A DNA stretch of 64,000 nucleotides from the NCBI GenBank assembly GCA_030704615.1, contig CM060734.1:36394001-36458000 (forward strand), in the 5' to 3' direction. The notes under the pieces were generated by a model. That model was not told where the DNA came from, made no database searches, and was given only the letters and a program-made list of their open reading frames with translations. The position numbers and the translations under genes are program-made. This document shows, piece after piece, positions 1-11,894 of this stretch; the first letter of the stretch is position 1; the number at the start of each line of letters is the position of its first letter. Source of the DNA: Takakia lepidozioides (lineage: Eukaryota; Plantae; Bryophyta).

Positions 1-789
1 TCTGTAGTGAAAAAAGCCATGTCATAGCGACTAGTCTTTAGGACTGCATTTTGCAAGTCATAGCCGTGACTGCGTGCGTGGCACCTGGAGTCATGCATAA
101 GAGAGTGATGTAGTTACAACTCTATGACTTACATATGACTAACTATATGACTACATTGTCTGATGAGCGTTGCCTACATGGAGAGGCTTTAGAGGAACAC
201 GTGCACCACTGCACAAGTGACACGTCACGACACCTGTTGCACTTCAGATGTGACATGTGGCACTTAGACATAATATATGACTAGCATATATGGCAGGGTT
301 TATGCCACGTGTCATCAAGAATGTCTCTGAAAATAATTTAATAGTTATATTTGTAATTTTAAATTCTTAAATTTATATTTTATTTTTGAAAACAGGGGAT
401 AGCAGCTTGGAAAATTTTAAATGGTATTATTGTTTAATTTAATAATATTATACAAATAAAAATAGATTAAATGATTTAAACTCTTCATTACATGGTGAAA
501 TTCTGATATAAAAACAGGATGGACCCCTCTTGCATACCAGCAACCACAAGGACATTCAAAATAGACAAATACAGGGGAATACATACCGTGTAAATTATAT
601 TACAAAAATCCAAATGAGACCAATGTCCCAATGGACACCTCAAAGGCCACAAGGTCCAAAAATCCATGCCTGAAAAGGTTCAGTAAGCAAAAAATAAGCA
701 AGCCCACACATGGGCTGAATTGTTGTAATACTAGTTTGTTCTGGTGCTACTAGAATCAAGGACCCTGTTAAACAGTGCAATACTTACGG

Positions 790-2970
790 CCGATTTGATA
801 AGAGGGAAAAACAGGGTGAAATGTGTTGAAGAAGGTGCCTTGATTAACAGTGCCTGATTTGATCAATTGTGCTGCTGCTGCTGCGGCTTCCAGTTGACCA
901 TCTACCCATGCAGGTTTCTTGTACCTATCCTTCCACATGGAATCATAGGTAATATGGAGCTTGAAATCCGGCCCTCTTGGATGAATCTGGACCCACACAT
1001 CTATCCCTGTTCCTTCAGCTATCCATGCCCCTGCACAAATCATGCATACATCCTCGCCTTGCTGCTAGCAGCTGACAATGACAGCCTAGAATTGCTTGAG
1101 CAAACACCCCAACCCTACTTATCACACTAGTTCCTATGCTGACTTGCGTCTGCTTCCAACAGACATTCACCTTTTGCCTCGATTGTTCCACCATTGACTG
1201 AGGTCGGGATCGTATTCATCCTAGAGCTTCTCCTCGAGTCTCTGTTATATATTTATTGATACTTTCATGTCGACCACATTGGCAGTAACATGTCAAAATC
1301 ACTCCAAAACTACCATAGATCCACCAACGAGCTAACTTGTAGAATTCAACATTAAAATTTAGGGACGACTCTGATAGCAGGGGAAAACAAGGTGAAATAT
1401 GTTGAAGAAGGTACCTTCATTAGCAGCGCCTTGTTTTATGAATTGTGCTGTTGCCGCTGCTGTTTCCAGTTGACCATCTACCCACTTGTAGCCGCTGTGA
1501 GATGTGCGCAAGGTGCGATTCCTAGTCTTCTATGCTCTCCTTGATTTGTGATGCGATGTCTCATGTTTCTCGCAGAAAACTGTATCTGTAATCAAGTGGC
1601 CGGTGTCGCAAATACTTTTCGTGCCTGTCATGGTTTGAATCCTTTGAATCGTAGTGATGAGTTCGGCCGTGCCCCCTTCCCCCATCATTTGATCATAGGT
1701 CTCCATACCATGTCCCTGCTCTGCATACCCTGCAAGCATCGCGTTCCATGACACCACATCTCGTTCAACCATAGTGTTGAAAACTCCCTTCGCATCCTTA
1801 ATGCACCCACATTTCGCATACATGTCCACCAGTGTAGTGTTCAGAATGACATCTGGTTCTCTCTCTCACACCCCCCTCTCTCTCTGTTCTGCTCTACATA
1901 CAAAAGGGTCCATCTCTTGCCTGTAAGCGTCCAGCTCTGACGATGTCACCATGCACCTCTTTGCCCTTTTCCAGGGCTGCCAGGCTTGCACACGCACTGC
2001 AAACGCACACAAACGTGATGTTGTCGGGCTTCATCCCTTCACACATCATTTGCTCATACGTCTCCAAAGCCTCCATCCCACGCCCCTGCTGTGTATACCC
2101 TGCGAGCATCGCACTCCACGACACCACATTTCGTTCAGCCATATTGTTGAACACTCCCTTTGCATCCTCGATGCTCTCTCATTTGGCATACATGTCCACC
2201 AGGGCAATGTTCAGGATCACATCTGGTACGATTCCAGCTCTGACGATGTCACCATGCACCTCTTTGCCCTTGCCCTTTTCCAGGGCTGCCAGGCTTGCAC
2301 GCGCACTGCAAACACACATAAACGTGATGTGGTCGGGCTTCACCCCTTCCCCCATCATTTGCTCATAGGTCTCCAAAGCATTCCTACCACACCCATGCTT
2401 GGTAAATCCTCCCAACATTATATTCCACGTGATCAAAGATCATTGAGGCATTCTGTTGAACACTTGGTGAGCATCCATGATGCTCCCGCACTTAATATAC
2501 ATGTTGACAAGGGTGTTGAGGAGAAAAACATTTGGCGTGAATCCACTTTGGATAATGTGAGTTTGCACCTGCTTTTCAGCTTCCAGGCCTTTCACCTTGA
2601 TGCACTTATGCAAGAGACAGACATACGTATCTGAATCTGCTGAAATGCCTCCTTGGTTTAAAGTCTGTAGAGCCTCTGTCAGTCTGCCTGCCTCACAAAG
2701 CATCTTCACATGCCCATAAGTGCCAGAAGAGACATTATGGACTCCCTCTCTTGATCCGCTTCCAGAAGCTGTGGTCACGGTTCAGGTGCCTGGTTTTATC
2801 AACTGTGTCGCTGCAGCTGCTGCCTTCAGTTGACCATCTACCCATGCAGGTTTCTTGTGGCTATTGATCCACATGGAATCATAGGTAATTTTGTGCTTGA
2901 AATCTGGCCCTCTTGGAAGAATCTGTACCCACTCTCTATCCCTGCTTCTTCAGCTATCCATGTTCTCATA
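790..2970 (-). repeat. Three dispersed copies (about 790-1040, 1378-1485, 2785-2970) of a coding-like module WVDGQLEAAAAAAQLIK...GTFFNTFHPVFP
   Basis: The DNA core CAGTTGACCATCTACCCA occurs in all three copies. A weaker relative lies at about 4435-4525. Confidence 0.85.
1530..2778 (-). pseudogene. PLS-class pentatricopeptide repeat (RNA-editing-factor type) gene fragment
   Basis: Motifs NTLVNMYIKCGSIMDAHQVFNRM, VVSWSAMLAGYTQQGRGMEAL and PDNITFVCVCSACASLAALEKGKEVHG. Broken by stops (about 2440 and 2179) and a roughly 70 bp insertion at about 1858-1930. No E/DYW domain seen. Confidence 0.9.
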
Positions 2971-3364
2971 AGGATAGAGGCCCACCTCTAGGCCATGGTC
3001 AGGACGGGGCTCGTCATTCAATGCCAAAGCATCCATTTGCACCTTCACTGCATCCTCTGCTGTCAGCTGTACATAACCCACTACATCCGTTCAATGTCAG
3101 GAATGGGAGAGGGATGTACTCTTTACTGTCATGCTTGGCCATTACATGGACGTCACAGCCTTGGAAATCCTTCACAGTGGGTGGCCTAAGTAAGGAAGTG
3201 CCATAGATCCTCCACTTTAATAACGCCCCATATAAGAATCAATATTGATACTATATCTAGTTTGATATCCTAATGTGACATGAGGCCAATATGGAGAGAT
3301 TACATCCCTAAGAATGCAGCGAGACACAGACAGAGAGAGACAGAGAGAGTCATGAGACATTAGG

Positions 3365-3396
<32 letters not shown>

Positions 3397-6371
3397 ATGT
3401 ACCATTGGATCAGGCTTCATTAGCGGTCCCGTGGTAGCTGCATCATTTCTTTCTACACTGAATGACGAGTAACCAAGTTACATATCATTGAAGTATGATG
3501 CCAGTAAAAACAACCAGACAAACTAATAAACGATAGCACAGATAGGGCAATGCTTATGATGCCTTGTTGGAGACAAATAGAAAGGCTGTCCGATTAACTC
3601 TTTGGCTTTATGTGGACATATAGTCCGTTCTTCTTCTGTCTCTTCTATCCTGCTTCTTGTAGCAAAGGCACCCACTACGATGCTCAGCTGGTCTTTTAGG
3701 GCCAAAAGCGTAACACTGTCGGGGAAAATTTGATAACTTCTATCTAATTGCCGAAAATTGTAATCTTCTCAAATAGATGGTCCCTACATCCTCGTCGTTT
3801 CTCAAGTTTTTACATCTCAGCTGTCGATCTCCATGCTTCATCCTCAACATCCCTCGCAACCCTCGCTACGCCAAAAAACAATGTCTCACCTGGCACCACT
3901 TGTATTGTCGGAAGCGAACAGCTTGAATCTACTTCTCTTACATTCTGGTACCGCAATCCCATGAGACCAGTCGCGAGTTCCACATAAGAAATTTTCCTTT
4001 TAACAATCCTTGTAGATACTCTTACCCCAGAATGGTACAAGGATGCGGGCTGGGTCATGAGAAATACATGAAACTGGGCCATGGCTACGTACAAACAGAG
4101 AGGTCACTCTAAAACAAGTAATAACTGTAACACTATTCTATACTGAAAGTTCCAGCCTTTGGTTGCCACCATTAAAAACGGCCATGCTAAGATCATTCTG
4201 TTCACTAGAAACCTACTCTGGTGAATTCCTCATGGAACTCTTCGCGAATCATCTCACATCAATCTCGATGAGTCTGAGTTGGTTGGCCATCTTTGAAGCA
4301 AACTTTTGGGACGAGTCTGCATTTTGTGTGTGGCTACAACCCGCCAAGTGTGAAGGGAAGAGTTGGCGAAATCTACCCAACAACCTAACTTACAGAATTC
4401 AATATGCATCTTGCGGCCGAGTATGGCAAACACAGGCTGAAATAGGTTGAAGAAGAAGGTGCCCTACCACATTGTCATTGACCTGTCCTGACCCATGGAG
4501 GATTTGACCGACCATCAACCTAAAAGGACCTCTTGTGTGTGCTGCTTGTGTCTGTAGTCAGGTAATGTCGGATTGGTCTGTGAGATCGAACCACTACGGC
4601 ATAGCTGAGTAGTCAGAGATTGAAACACGCCTGCTAAGACCAAGTTGACTCTCCCAAGAACGGCGAGCTCGCTTCTCCTCGTCTCCTCTCCTCCTCCTCT
4701 TCTCCTTCGTGCATCATTTGCTCAACGCCTCCATCCCACGCCCCTGCATATCCTGCTATCATCGCGTTCCATCCCTCGGCTATGTGGTGTGGCGCAGGAG
4801 ACAAAAAAAAACGCCAAGTCCCAGCCTTCTTTTCTGTTCACGATTACCCTAATGGGCAACCTTATTAGCAACTTTTTAATTTTTTTAAACCTAATGGGCA
4901 ACCTTATTTGCATTATATGTGCCTTCAAAATGACACGTGTAGTGATGTAGTCGTATAAATAGAGCTGTGAAACCATCTTCAGTCATGGAGTCATAAGATT
5001 CCATGAAACGTCGTCCACGTGTAGTCAAACATATCACACTAGTCATATAAACCATCCCTGTCATCATGGTCAACAATGTTTGACCAATGCTCCCTAACTT
5101 TCCGGAGTCATGTAGTGATATCCATTACTACAAAGTCATAAAACTATGACTGCAATGCATTTCAGCGCTCTGTAGTCATCTACCTAGTGCAGTTTTTATG
5201 ACTCCGCCAAAGCCGTAGTCCTAAAAACGCTCATCTCTTGTAGTGGTATGAGCCACCAGCGAGATGGGGATCTGGGACCAGCGAGAGAAAGCTGACCCAA
5301 GACCCAGATTACTGCAAAGTGGCTCACACAAGGGAGAAGACTCGAGGAAGATCAGCGGAGCTCTCGCAAGGTCGAATGCCAGAGACTGATCAGCGGGGGA
5401 AGCACCAACGGGAATGTGGCTGGGGGGATGAATTTAGTAAAGGCGGCAGCTTGGTGGCTGAAGGCAGGGATTGGCAGTGCTCATTACTTGGATGACAGGG
5501 GGTGATTGGACAGAATCGAAGACAAGTGTTTTGGGGAAGTGGCCTGAGAGCATGGCGGCTGTGCTTTAAGGAGAGTTATTAGAGGTGACATTGGGAAAGG
5601 ACCGTCAAGCATGCCGAAGGATGAAAAAGATGTATTCATCTTAACCTTAGCAACAGCTGCTACTTTAGGAAGGAAATCTGTTTCCGAACCAGCGATATGA
5701 GAGCTTAAGGAAGCCCTTATTGCAATGCGATCTGCTTAGTACGAGTGAGTGGAGATTGGCATGATTGGGGGCTCGAAGCAGGCCGAGGCTTAGGGTTGCC
5801 TGGGGAGAAACTACGGAGGATTGCGAAGGAACCGATCCTCTCACCGCAGAACGCGGAGCTCCTCTTCCACCTCCATCCCCACTCATATCTGTCTTTGTCG
5901 TATGGTCAAGATACACAACACTAATAGAATCAAAAGCAAAGCAAGATATATATATATATTCTAGTTACTGAATATCCACAATACAAAGACATCCAAAAGA
6001 TAGCCCAATAATGGGCATATGGTCACTAATGGTTGTGGATTCAAAACAGCATATGTGTGTTGGATGTCATAAAGATGTCCACCTTCCCATTCCTAAAGGG
6101 TCCACTTTCCACCATAAGGTAGCTGTCCTTGGGGGTCAATGGACACCACAACTCTCACGCTTGTTTCTCCGTGATGTATCCACCTTTTTTTTTTTTTTTT
6201 TTTTTTTCTTTTCCACCCTTCCATTTGTAGGCAAGAGCCCTTCCACATATGTGATTAGATGTCATGGAAAAAATCCACCTTCCCACCAGCAGTAACCATT
6301 TGGGGTTACTCACACCATAAGTCACGCTTGTTGCGATAAAAGTCCACATTTATGATATAAAATGCATTTTA

Positions 6372-6700
6372 TTTTTTTACAGAACAGGGGGATTGTAGCC
6401 CTGATTAATTTTATTCTGGAATATTTTGGGTGGGGCAAAAAGCCCTTACAAATTATTTGGGATTATTCGGGGAAAAAATATTAAAAACCTCCTATTTCGC
6501 CATAAGGCACACACACCGTAAACAGTGTTCTACGGGCCATACATCCTTACTCTAAGGATCCCGCCTAAGAAACCAGACGGAGCGCGCAGATTTAATACGA
6601 AAGTGCTAAGATGTCTAATGGTTGGACTTTATAAGACCGCCAAATATTGGGAGGCTCACAGCCTAACAACAAATGCATATTATTACTAGTTTTAATTTTT
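6372..6700 (-). mobile_element. 3' remnant of a poly(A)-tailed non-LTR retroelement
   Basis: Minus strand reads AATAAAATTAAT-CAGGGCTACAATCCCCCTG-TTCTGT-A(n). The same terminus occurs at about 18644-18710 and 42230-42275. The upstream boundary is approximate. Confidence 0.55.
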
Positions 6701-7706
6701 TCCTTGGAAGGAAACATCTAGTCCAACTTCCATGTGGTGGTCCTTTATGCTTATCCAAGTATTGAAACTTGGCCGACGTCGGTGGAGTATCCCCACAAAA
6801 TATAATGGAATGTCACTTATATGTGAGGTAGAGTTGTAAACAGGTCCGCCTTCATGTCAAAGGCTTGGATCCTCTCTGTGAATGTCAACATCTGCCAGTA
6901 GCAGGTCCTAGTGGACCTTCAATACACACATGCAGGTCAGAACATAAATTTGGGGTGCGCTACAAATGCCATGACTCTGCGGCCGGCCGCCCCATACATG
7001 GAAGTGATAAGCACACCAGGCAATTGTTGTCGTTTCCTCCCTTAAACTGTTGGCATGGTACATGGAAGGACTTTCTAAGCTGTCGCTTCGCCTCTCCTCG
7101 CCTGTGCTCAAAGGGACACCAGGCCACGAGAACTAGACAATACAGGATTCGAATCAAGAATCAACTGGGACGTCACACTATCTTAGTGGTACAAGAAAAA
7201 AGATGATCTGAGCATGCACAACAGCTTCTATAAATTAACACAAGGGCGTCCTCAACGTCATGCTTGCGTACTGAAAGAACCGTGGCAGGACGGACTCAGA
7301 ATAATAGAGAAATGATGTTGACAGTTTACAATATAATGCTCGTTGGGTATTTGAAGAGGGGGCGGTAGAAGCAAGATCAGCAGCTCGTCATGTTTTCTGT
7401 TTGCATGGATGTTGTAGTTTGAATGGTTCTTGCCAAGAGAAACAAGCAAGTGCCAAGAACGATAGTGAAGATAGGCAAAGAGAGAAAGTTGTAATGCTAT
7501 AAGCTCAAGTCCGAAGATCCGCAACTGGGTCAAGGGAGGAGGTAGGAAGACCCGCGACGTCAAGTCCGAAGTATCTAACCTCGTAACTTCCGTTTTGAGG
7601 TTATTCGAGTGCTATTAGCTTTTGAAACATCTTACACATCTAGATTTGAAGAGAGCCATTGTTCTCGCCTGCATTACAGAGAGAAAAAAATTGGGCACCA
7701 GAAAGC

Positions 7707-8055
7707 ATGGGTATCACAACAGAGCCCATTTCGAAGCTCCAGGTGATCTTGAAAGACCCAACTGTGGTTGCTCCAGATGTGCCAACCAAAAATAATGTGA
7801 TGTATCTTGCCAACATGGATCAACCCGTGGCTGTTATACAACACACTATTTACTTGTATCATGCCCATCCGACCAAAAACCATGACAATCTAGCAAAAGC
7901 GATAAGAGAGGCGTTTTCCAAGATACTTGTCCCCTATTACCCTCTAGCAGGAAGGCTTCAGATCAGTTTGGAGGGGAAACTCGAAGTCCACTGTAATGGC
8001 AAAGGGGCTGTGTTTGTGGAAGCTGAGGCAGATGCCACCCTATCTGACTTGGTGA
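7707..8055 (+). pseudogene. BAHD/HXXXD acyltransferase N-terminal fragment (omega-hydroxypalmitate feruloyl transferase-like)
   Basis: MYLANMDQ...FSKILVPYYPLAGRL...LEVHCNGKGAVFVEAEAD. Similarity stops after ATLSDL. No HXXXD or DFGWG exon found downstream in the window. Confidence 0.85.
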
Positions 8056-8170
8056 CAATCTCTGACATACAAAACTACCACATGATAATATATTATATAT
8101 ATTATATACAAAACTGCGTTAAAAATTATAGATTACAATTCAATTGAATTGCTGACTCAAACTACATTTT

Positions 8171-9000
8171 TTATGTGTTAACTGGGACTATCATTTCCTC
8201 ATATCCTCCGTTGCGCATCCTCGTGAATATGAAGTTCACTTCAGTGTCGTTTTGCTGAAAGTGCACTATGACCTCTTCGTCCTCCAATTCATCACACCCA
8301 TTATAAAATTAAATCGTCGCTGCAGTGTCAGAGAGATTGGTACAGTTTTTATTAACCCGGATAAATACATCCCTGAATGAAATGACGTCCTCACTGAATC
8401 CCGGTTGTATTGCATGTATATCATATCAACAAACGTCCACTTGCAACACTTCCATTCATTAATAATGCTGTTCGGTACCGATTGAAATCCGTAGATAGTG
8501 GCCAGTTGTAGATGCATATATTGGTACAAATTTCTTTTCAGATCGTTTTTTATCTTAAGGCAGACAGTTTAGGCATTGTAATGCCAAAGCAGGGCAGTTT
8601 GCGAATTATCTGGGAATCGCTGGTAAAGCACGTAGGAACTTAGATCATGTCTGAGACGACCATGGAGAGAAGCTCTGGCGTCAAAATGATCGTAGGAAGC
8701 TGCATTGACAACGAGTTAGGCTGCCAATTCGGTATCAGTAAAGACAACATGCACCTGTTTGAAACAATACAAGACGACTGTTCCAGTCCCGGATTGCGAT
8801 CTCTCTATTCTTCTGCCTTTCAACTCCAGTAGGAGCACGCGGTGAGGAGTCTTGGCAATTGGAGGAAACAATCTGTAATATAGCGATGAAATATCGCGGC
8901 AAAGCAAGTGCTGCATCGGAACAAACGACGGGTGAAGGAGCTTCTCGGTGAAGTTTTGAACTCCTCAGCGATGCAAAGTGTGTAGGAGGGAACTCCAAAA
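8171..9000 (-). pseudogene. Decayed intronless reading frame of unknown origin
   Basis: One frame runs about 190 codons with 3 stops, then shifts to HAIQPGFSEDVISFRDVFIRVNKN...*FYNGCDELEDEEVIVHFQQNDTEVNFIFTRMRNGGYEEMIVPVNT*. Family not recognised. Confidence 0.35.
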
Positions 9001-9004
9001 GATC

Positions 9005-9795
9005 TGTGACCCAATGGCAGGGCCAAAGACCCCGTGGGGAACCACCAGTATTTTAACTGCCAGGATGTCGCGGCCCTTTGCTTTGAGGGCAAGGGGTCGG
9101 GACACAGAAGGGGCTGCCCCTGTGGTGGGGGCAGTAGCAGCGATAGGTACGGGGGCTGAAGCACCCTTGAGTGCCCAAGGCACTCAATGAGGCAGAGGCG
9201 CTCACTAGGCGGAGCCCCGCACACCGGGTTGCGGTGGGGGTGGCTCCACAAGGGGTAGTGGTAGCTTAGCGGGACTTAGTGGGGGTGGAATAGGACTCAC
9301 CATGGGGTGGAGACCTCGTGGTGGGAGTCGTGGGGAGTCTTGGGACTCATCACGGCCCAATGGGGCCGTGGTGAGTGGGCCAAGACTCACCGCGACTCAC
9401 CACCGGGAGTCGAGGGTTTTCGTGGTGGTTCGCCATAAAATGGCATGGCTGGTTGTGAAACCCCCGCGGACAGCTACAAAAGTATATATAAGGGGAGTAG
9501 TGACCCCGAGAACGGTGCAAGCCCGTTGGTGACCAAAAACTAGCGAGTAAGCGAGCGAGCCGGAAAGCGACCAAAGAGTGGGGAGCTGTTCCGGACTGCC
9601 ATCTACCAAAGGGAATTCCACTAGGCCCAAATAGGTGGAGGGTTTAGTGGGGGAGCGAAGGGGGACCGTTATGTCCCGGTGAGCAAGCCAAAGCTCCAAG
9701 TTGGCCCGGCGGCCAGGTTGGGACTCAGGCGCGCGCATCAAAGCGAGTAACTATGACTTGAAGGGGAGCTTACCGAAGTGAGGTGCGCGACACAG
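9005..9795. mobile_element. Possible LTR-retrotransposon remnant (GC-rich block with TATA box)
   Basis: Abrupt GC-rich block, purine tract AAGGGGTAG followed by TG at about 9250-9260, TATATATAAGGGG at 9483, and a CA end at about 9793. No TSD or second LTR found. Confidence 0.3.
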
Positions 9796-11574
9796 GAAGC
9801 GACAGACTGCCTATATGGCGAAACCATGGAAAGGTGTGGTTTTTCTCCCCCGATTCCCTTGAGAATTTACGGGCAGCTACGAGAAATCTAATTATAATTT
9901 TTCACTAAGTTTGGTGATTTTTGGAGGTGACGGAAGACAACATCAATTTATCAAGCCGGAGGCAATTGCGAAGGGCGATTAAATGGAATTCTAGCTCATC
10001 CAATGGATGAAAAATGGAAATTCGACCTGCAAGCTGGAAGGATGAGAAGACAACCTAGCGCCAACTGGTCATCCATTGGATGGATGAAAAACCAGATTTA
10101 TCATTAACACCAAGGTTTTCCATCCATGGTTATTATTTTATGATGTTTTATCATTTTTTAAATTATAGACTCATGTAGGAAATAATAGTTTAAGACTATC
10201 CTTCACTAGTTTAAGAGGCCCCAAAAACACAATAAAAGAAGAGCAAGCTCATCTTGTTCTTCATCTAGTCTCATTTCTTTGCTTTGGCCTCTTGCTTGTG
10301 TAGTTAGTTTTGAGCTTGAGGGAGCTTGAGAGTTGAGCTTGTGGCTCTCTAGTAGTAGAAGCAAGCATAGTGAGAGCGGGATAGTCCTAGCTCAAGGCCT
10401 TGTGGCTATTTGAGGCAAGAAGTAGAAGAAGCGTTCCATAAAGTGAGAGACTTGAGGACGAGTAGGAGGCCGGAGGAGGACCAGATTTGAATACCATTTT
10501 ACCAAACGATTTAGTGCATCCCGAGCACCACTTGTTTCAGAGGGTGACTTACCATATTATCTTGACCTTTGAATTCAATTGTTCCATTTGTTGTTTAAGC
10601 TTGTTCCAATAAGGCCCGATCTTATAGCATTGCTTGCTAGAAATTTATAAAAACTAACCTTTTTTCAAAGAGGATATGTGTGCATCTCTATGTGCATGTG
10701 TGAAGAGCACAAGTGTGAAGCCCCAAGAGACAGGGCCTCAGGAATCTAACCCAATTACGTCATGGAAGTGAGGGTATATGTCCATTATTAAGTTTAAGGA
10801 GTGGGCAAGCTTGCATGAAGTGGTGAAGCTCGTCAAATTTCCATTTCTAGCTTAGTGGCAACGGCCATGTTGCATGAGACGGCGAAGCTATCGCCAACAT
10901 TTGCTTGCATAAATTAAAAAAATTATATTGGAAGTAGGTGGAAGAGACGCAGGAATGGACCCTGGGACCCACTGAATGTTTAATCATTGTTTACACACCA
11001 AGGTGGCAATCGGATGAGAAACTGATAGGCGGCAGATTTCATTAATCCTGGCCCGGTGATTGCTTAATGCATTATTGATTGGTTTGGTATAGGAACTTAG
11101 GGGCGCTCCCAAAGTGGAGAGCGGTTTTCCAATGCTCCCGACATAAAGGGCGTTCCCAGGGCATTCCCCTGGTACCTTGAGGGTAATTTGGTTAGTTCCA
11201 GGATCCTATGAGGGTTCTCTATTTCTACGAATTTCATGCATTTGTAGGAAGGTTTTAATTATTTGTTCTTTATTATTCAGCAGGGTAATTCGCCTTTGAT
11301 AAGGGATTTTATCCGGACCCCCTTAACTTTAAAACATAAGTTTTAATGGATGTATCGCCCTCTTCCACCGAGGATATTTGAAGGCAAATACCCGACCGGG
11401 GGGGGGGGCGGGCCAAGGAACGGCCATTGTTTTATTAGATCTCGGGAATTACCTAGAGGTTTGAATTGCTATCATTCACCCGATGGACTGACCGTTGAGG
11501 TTGAAACTTTGGAATCGCTCTAAGCAGGGGATACTGACTTGGGAAAGCGGATCCGGTCCCTTCCTCGGAGGTAG

Positions 11575-11894
11575 TGCTTGATGCGACGCCCTGGGCGTCG
11601 CACCAAGCACCGACCTCCAATGCGTCGCAGCCCAGCTGCGACGTTTATTTTTTAAATTTTGTCCATTGCGATGTATGAGGCGTCGCAAGCACCCTAGGTG
11701 TCGCACCAGGGGCCGATCCCCAGTGCGTTGCAGCCCAGCTGCAATGTTTTTGGGCTACAACGTTTTTTTTTAAAATTTGTCTATTGCGATGCCCCAACAC
11801 CCTTGCGACGCAAGATGGGGATGCGGCGGGGGCGTCGCATGGGGGAGGCTCCACGGGGGGTATGCGTCATTAATCCCCCCATTTTCCTGTAGTG
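11575..11894. mobile_element. Orphan CACTA right end
   Basis: ATTTTCCTGTAGTG at 11881-11894 (reverse complement CACTACAGGAAAAT), preceded by many GCGTCGCA/TGCGACGC subterminal repeats in both orientations. No partner end found. Confidence 0.75.

Larger units (their letters stand above)
1..5245. mobile_element. CACTA (En/Spm) DNA transposon, right end in window, left end upstream; carries captured gene fragments
   Basis: Terminus ...CTCTTGTAGTG at 5235-5245 (reverse complement CACTACAAGAG). Dense short subterminal repeats: TATGACT-type at 1-300 and AGTCAT/GTAGTC-type at 4930-5225. The left TIR and TSD are not visible, so treating both repeat zones as one element is inferred. Confidence 0.6.

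Noticed and set aside
158-175. Hammerhead ribozyme core CTGATGAG (also minus strand at about 28500)
   Set aside because: No stem II followed by GAAA in the required arrangement.
1943-2634. Plus-strand ORFs of 141 and 227 aa (and similar ORFs over the MPT, PPR-SMR and GH31 exons)
   Set aside because: They are antisense shadows of recognisable minus-strand coding sequence.
3361-3405. Minus-strand GTACATTCTCTCTC..., identical to the 3' end of the array retroelement
   Set aside because: The sequence upstream of the motif does not match the element's GGCCACAAGGCTACGGC end. It is equally explained as an intron donor (ATG|GTAC) followed by a microsatellite.
9900-11250. Possible LTR/UTR of a large retrotransposon
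   Set aside because: No termini, PBS, TSD or coding motif could be pinned down; left unannotated.
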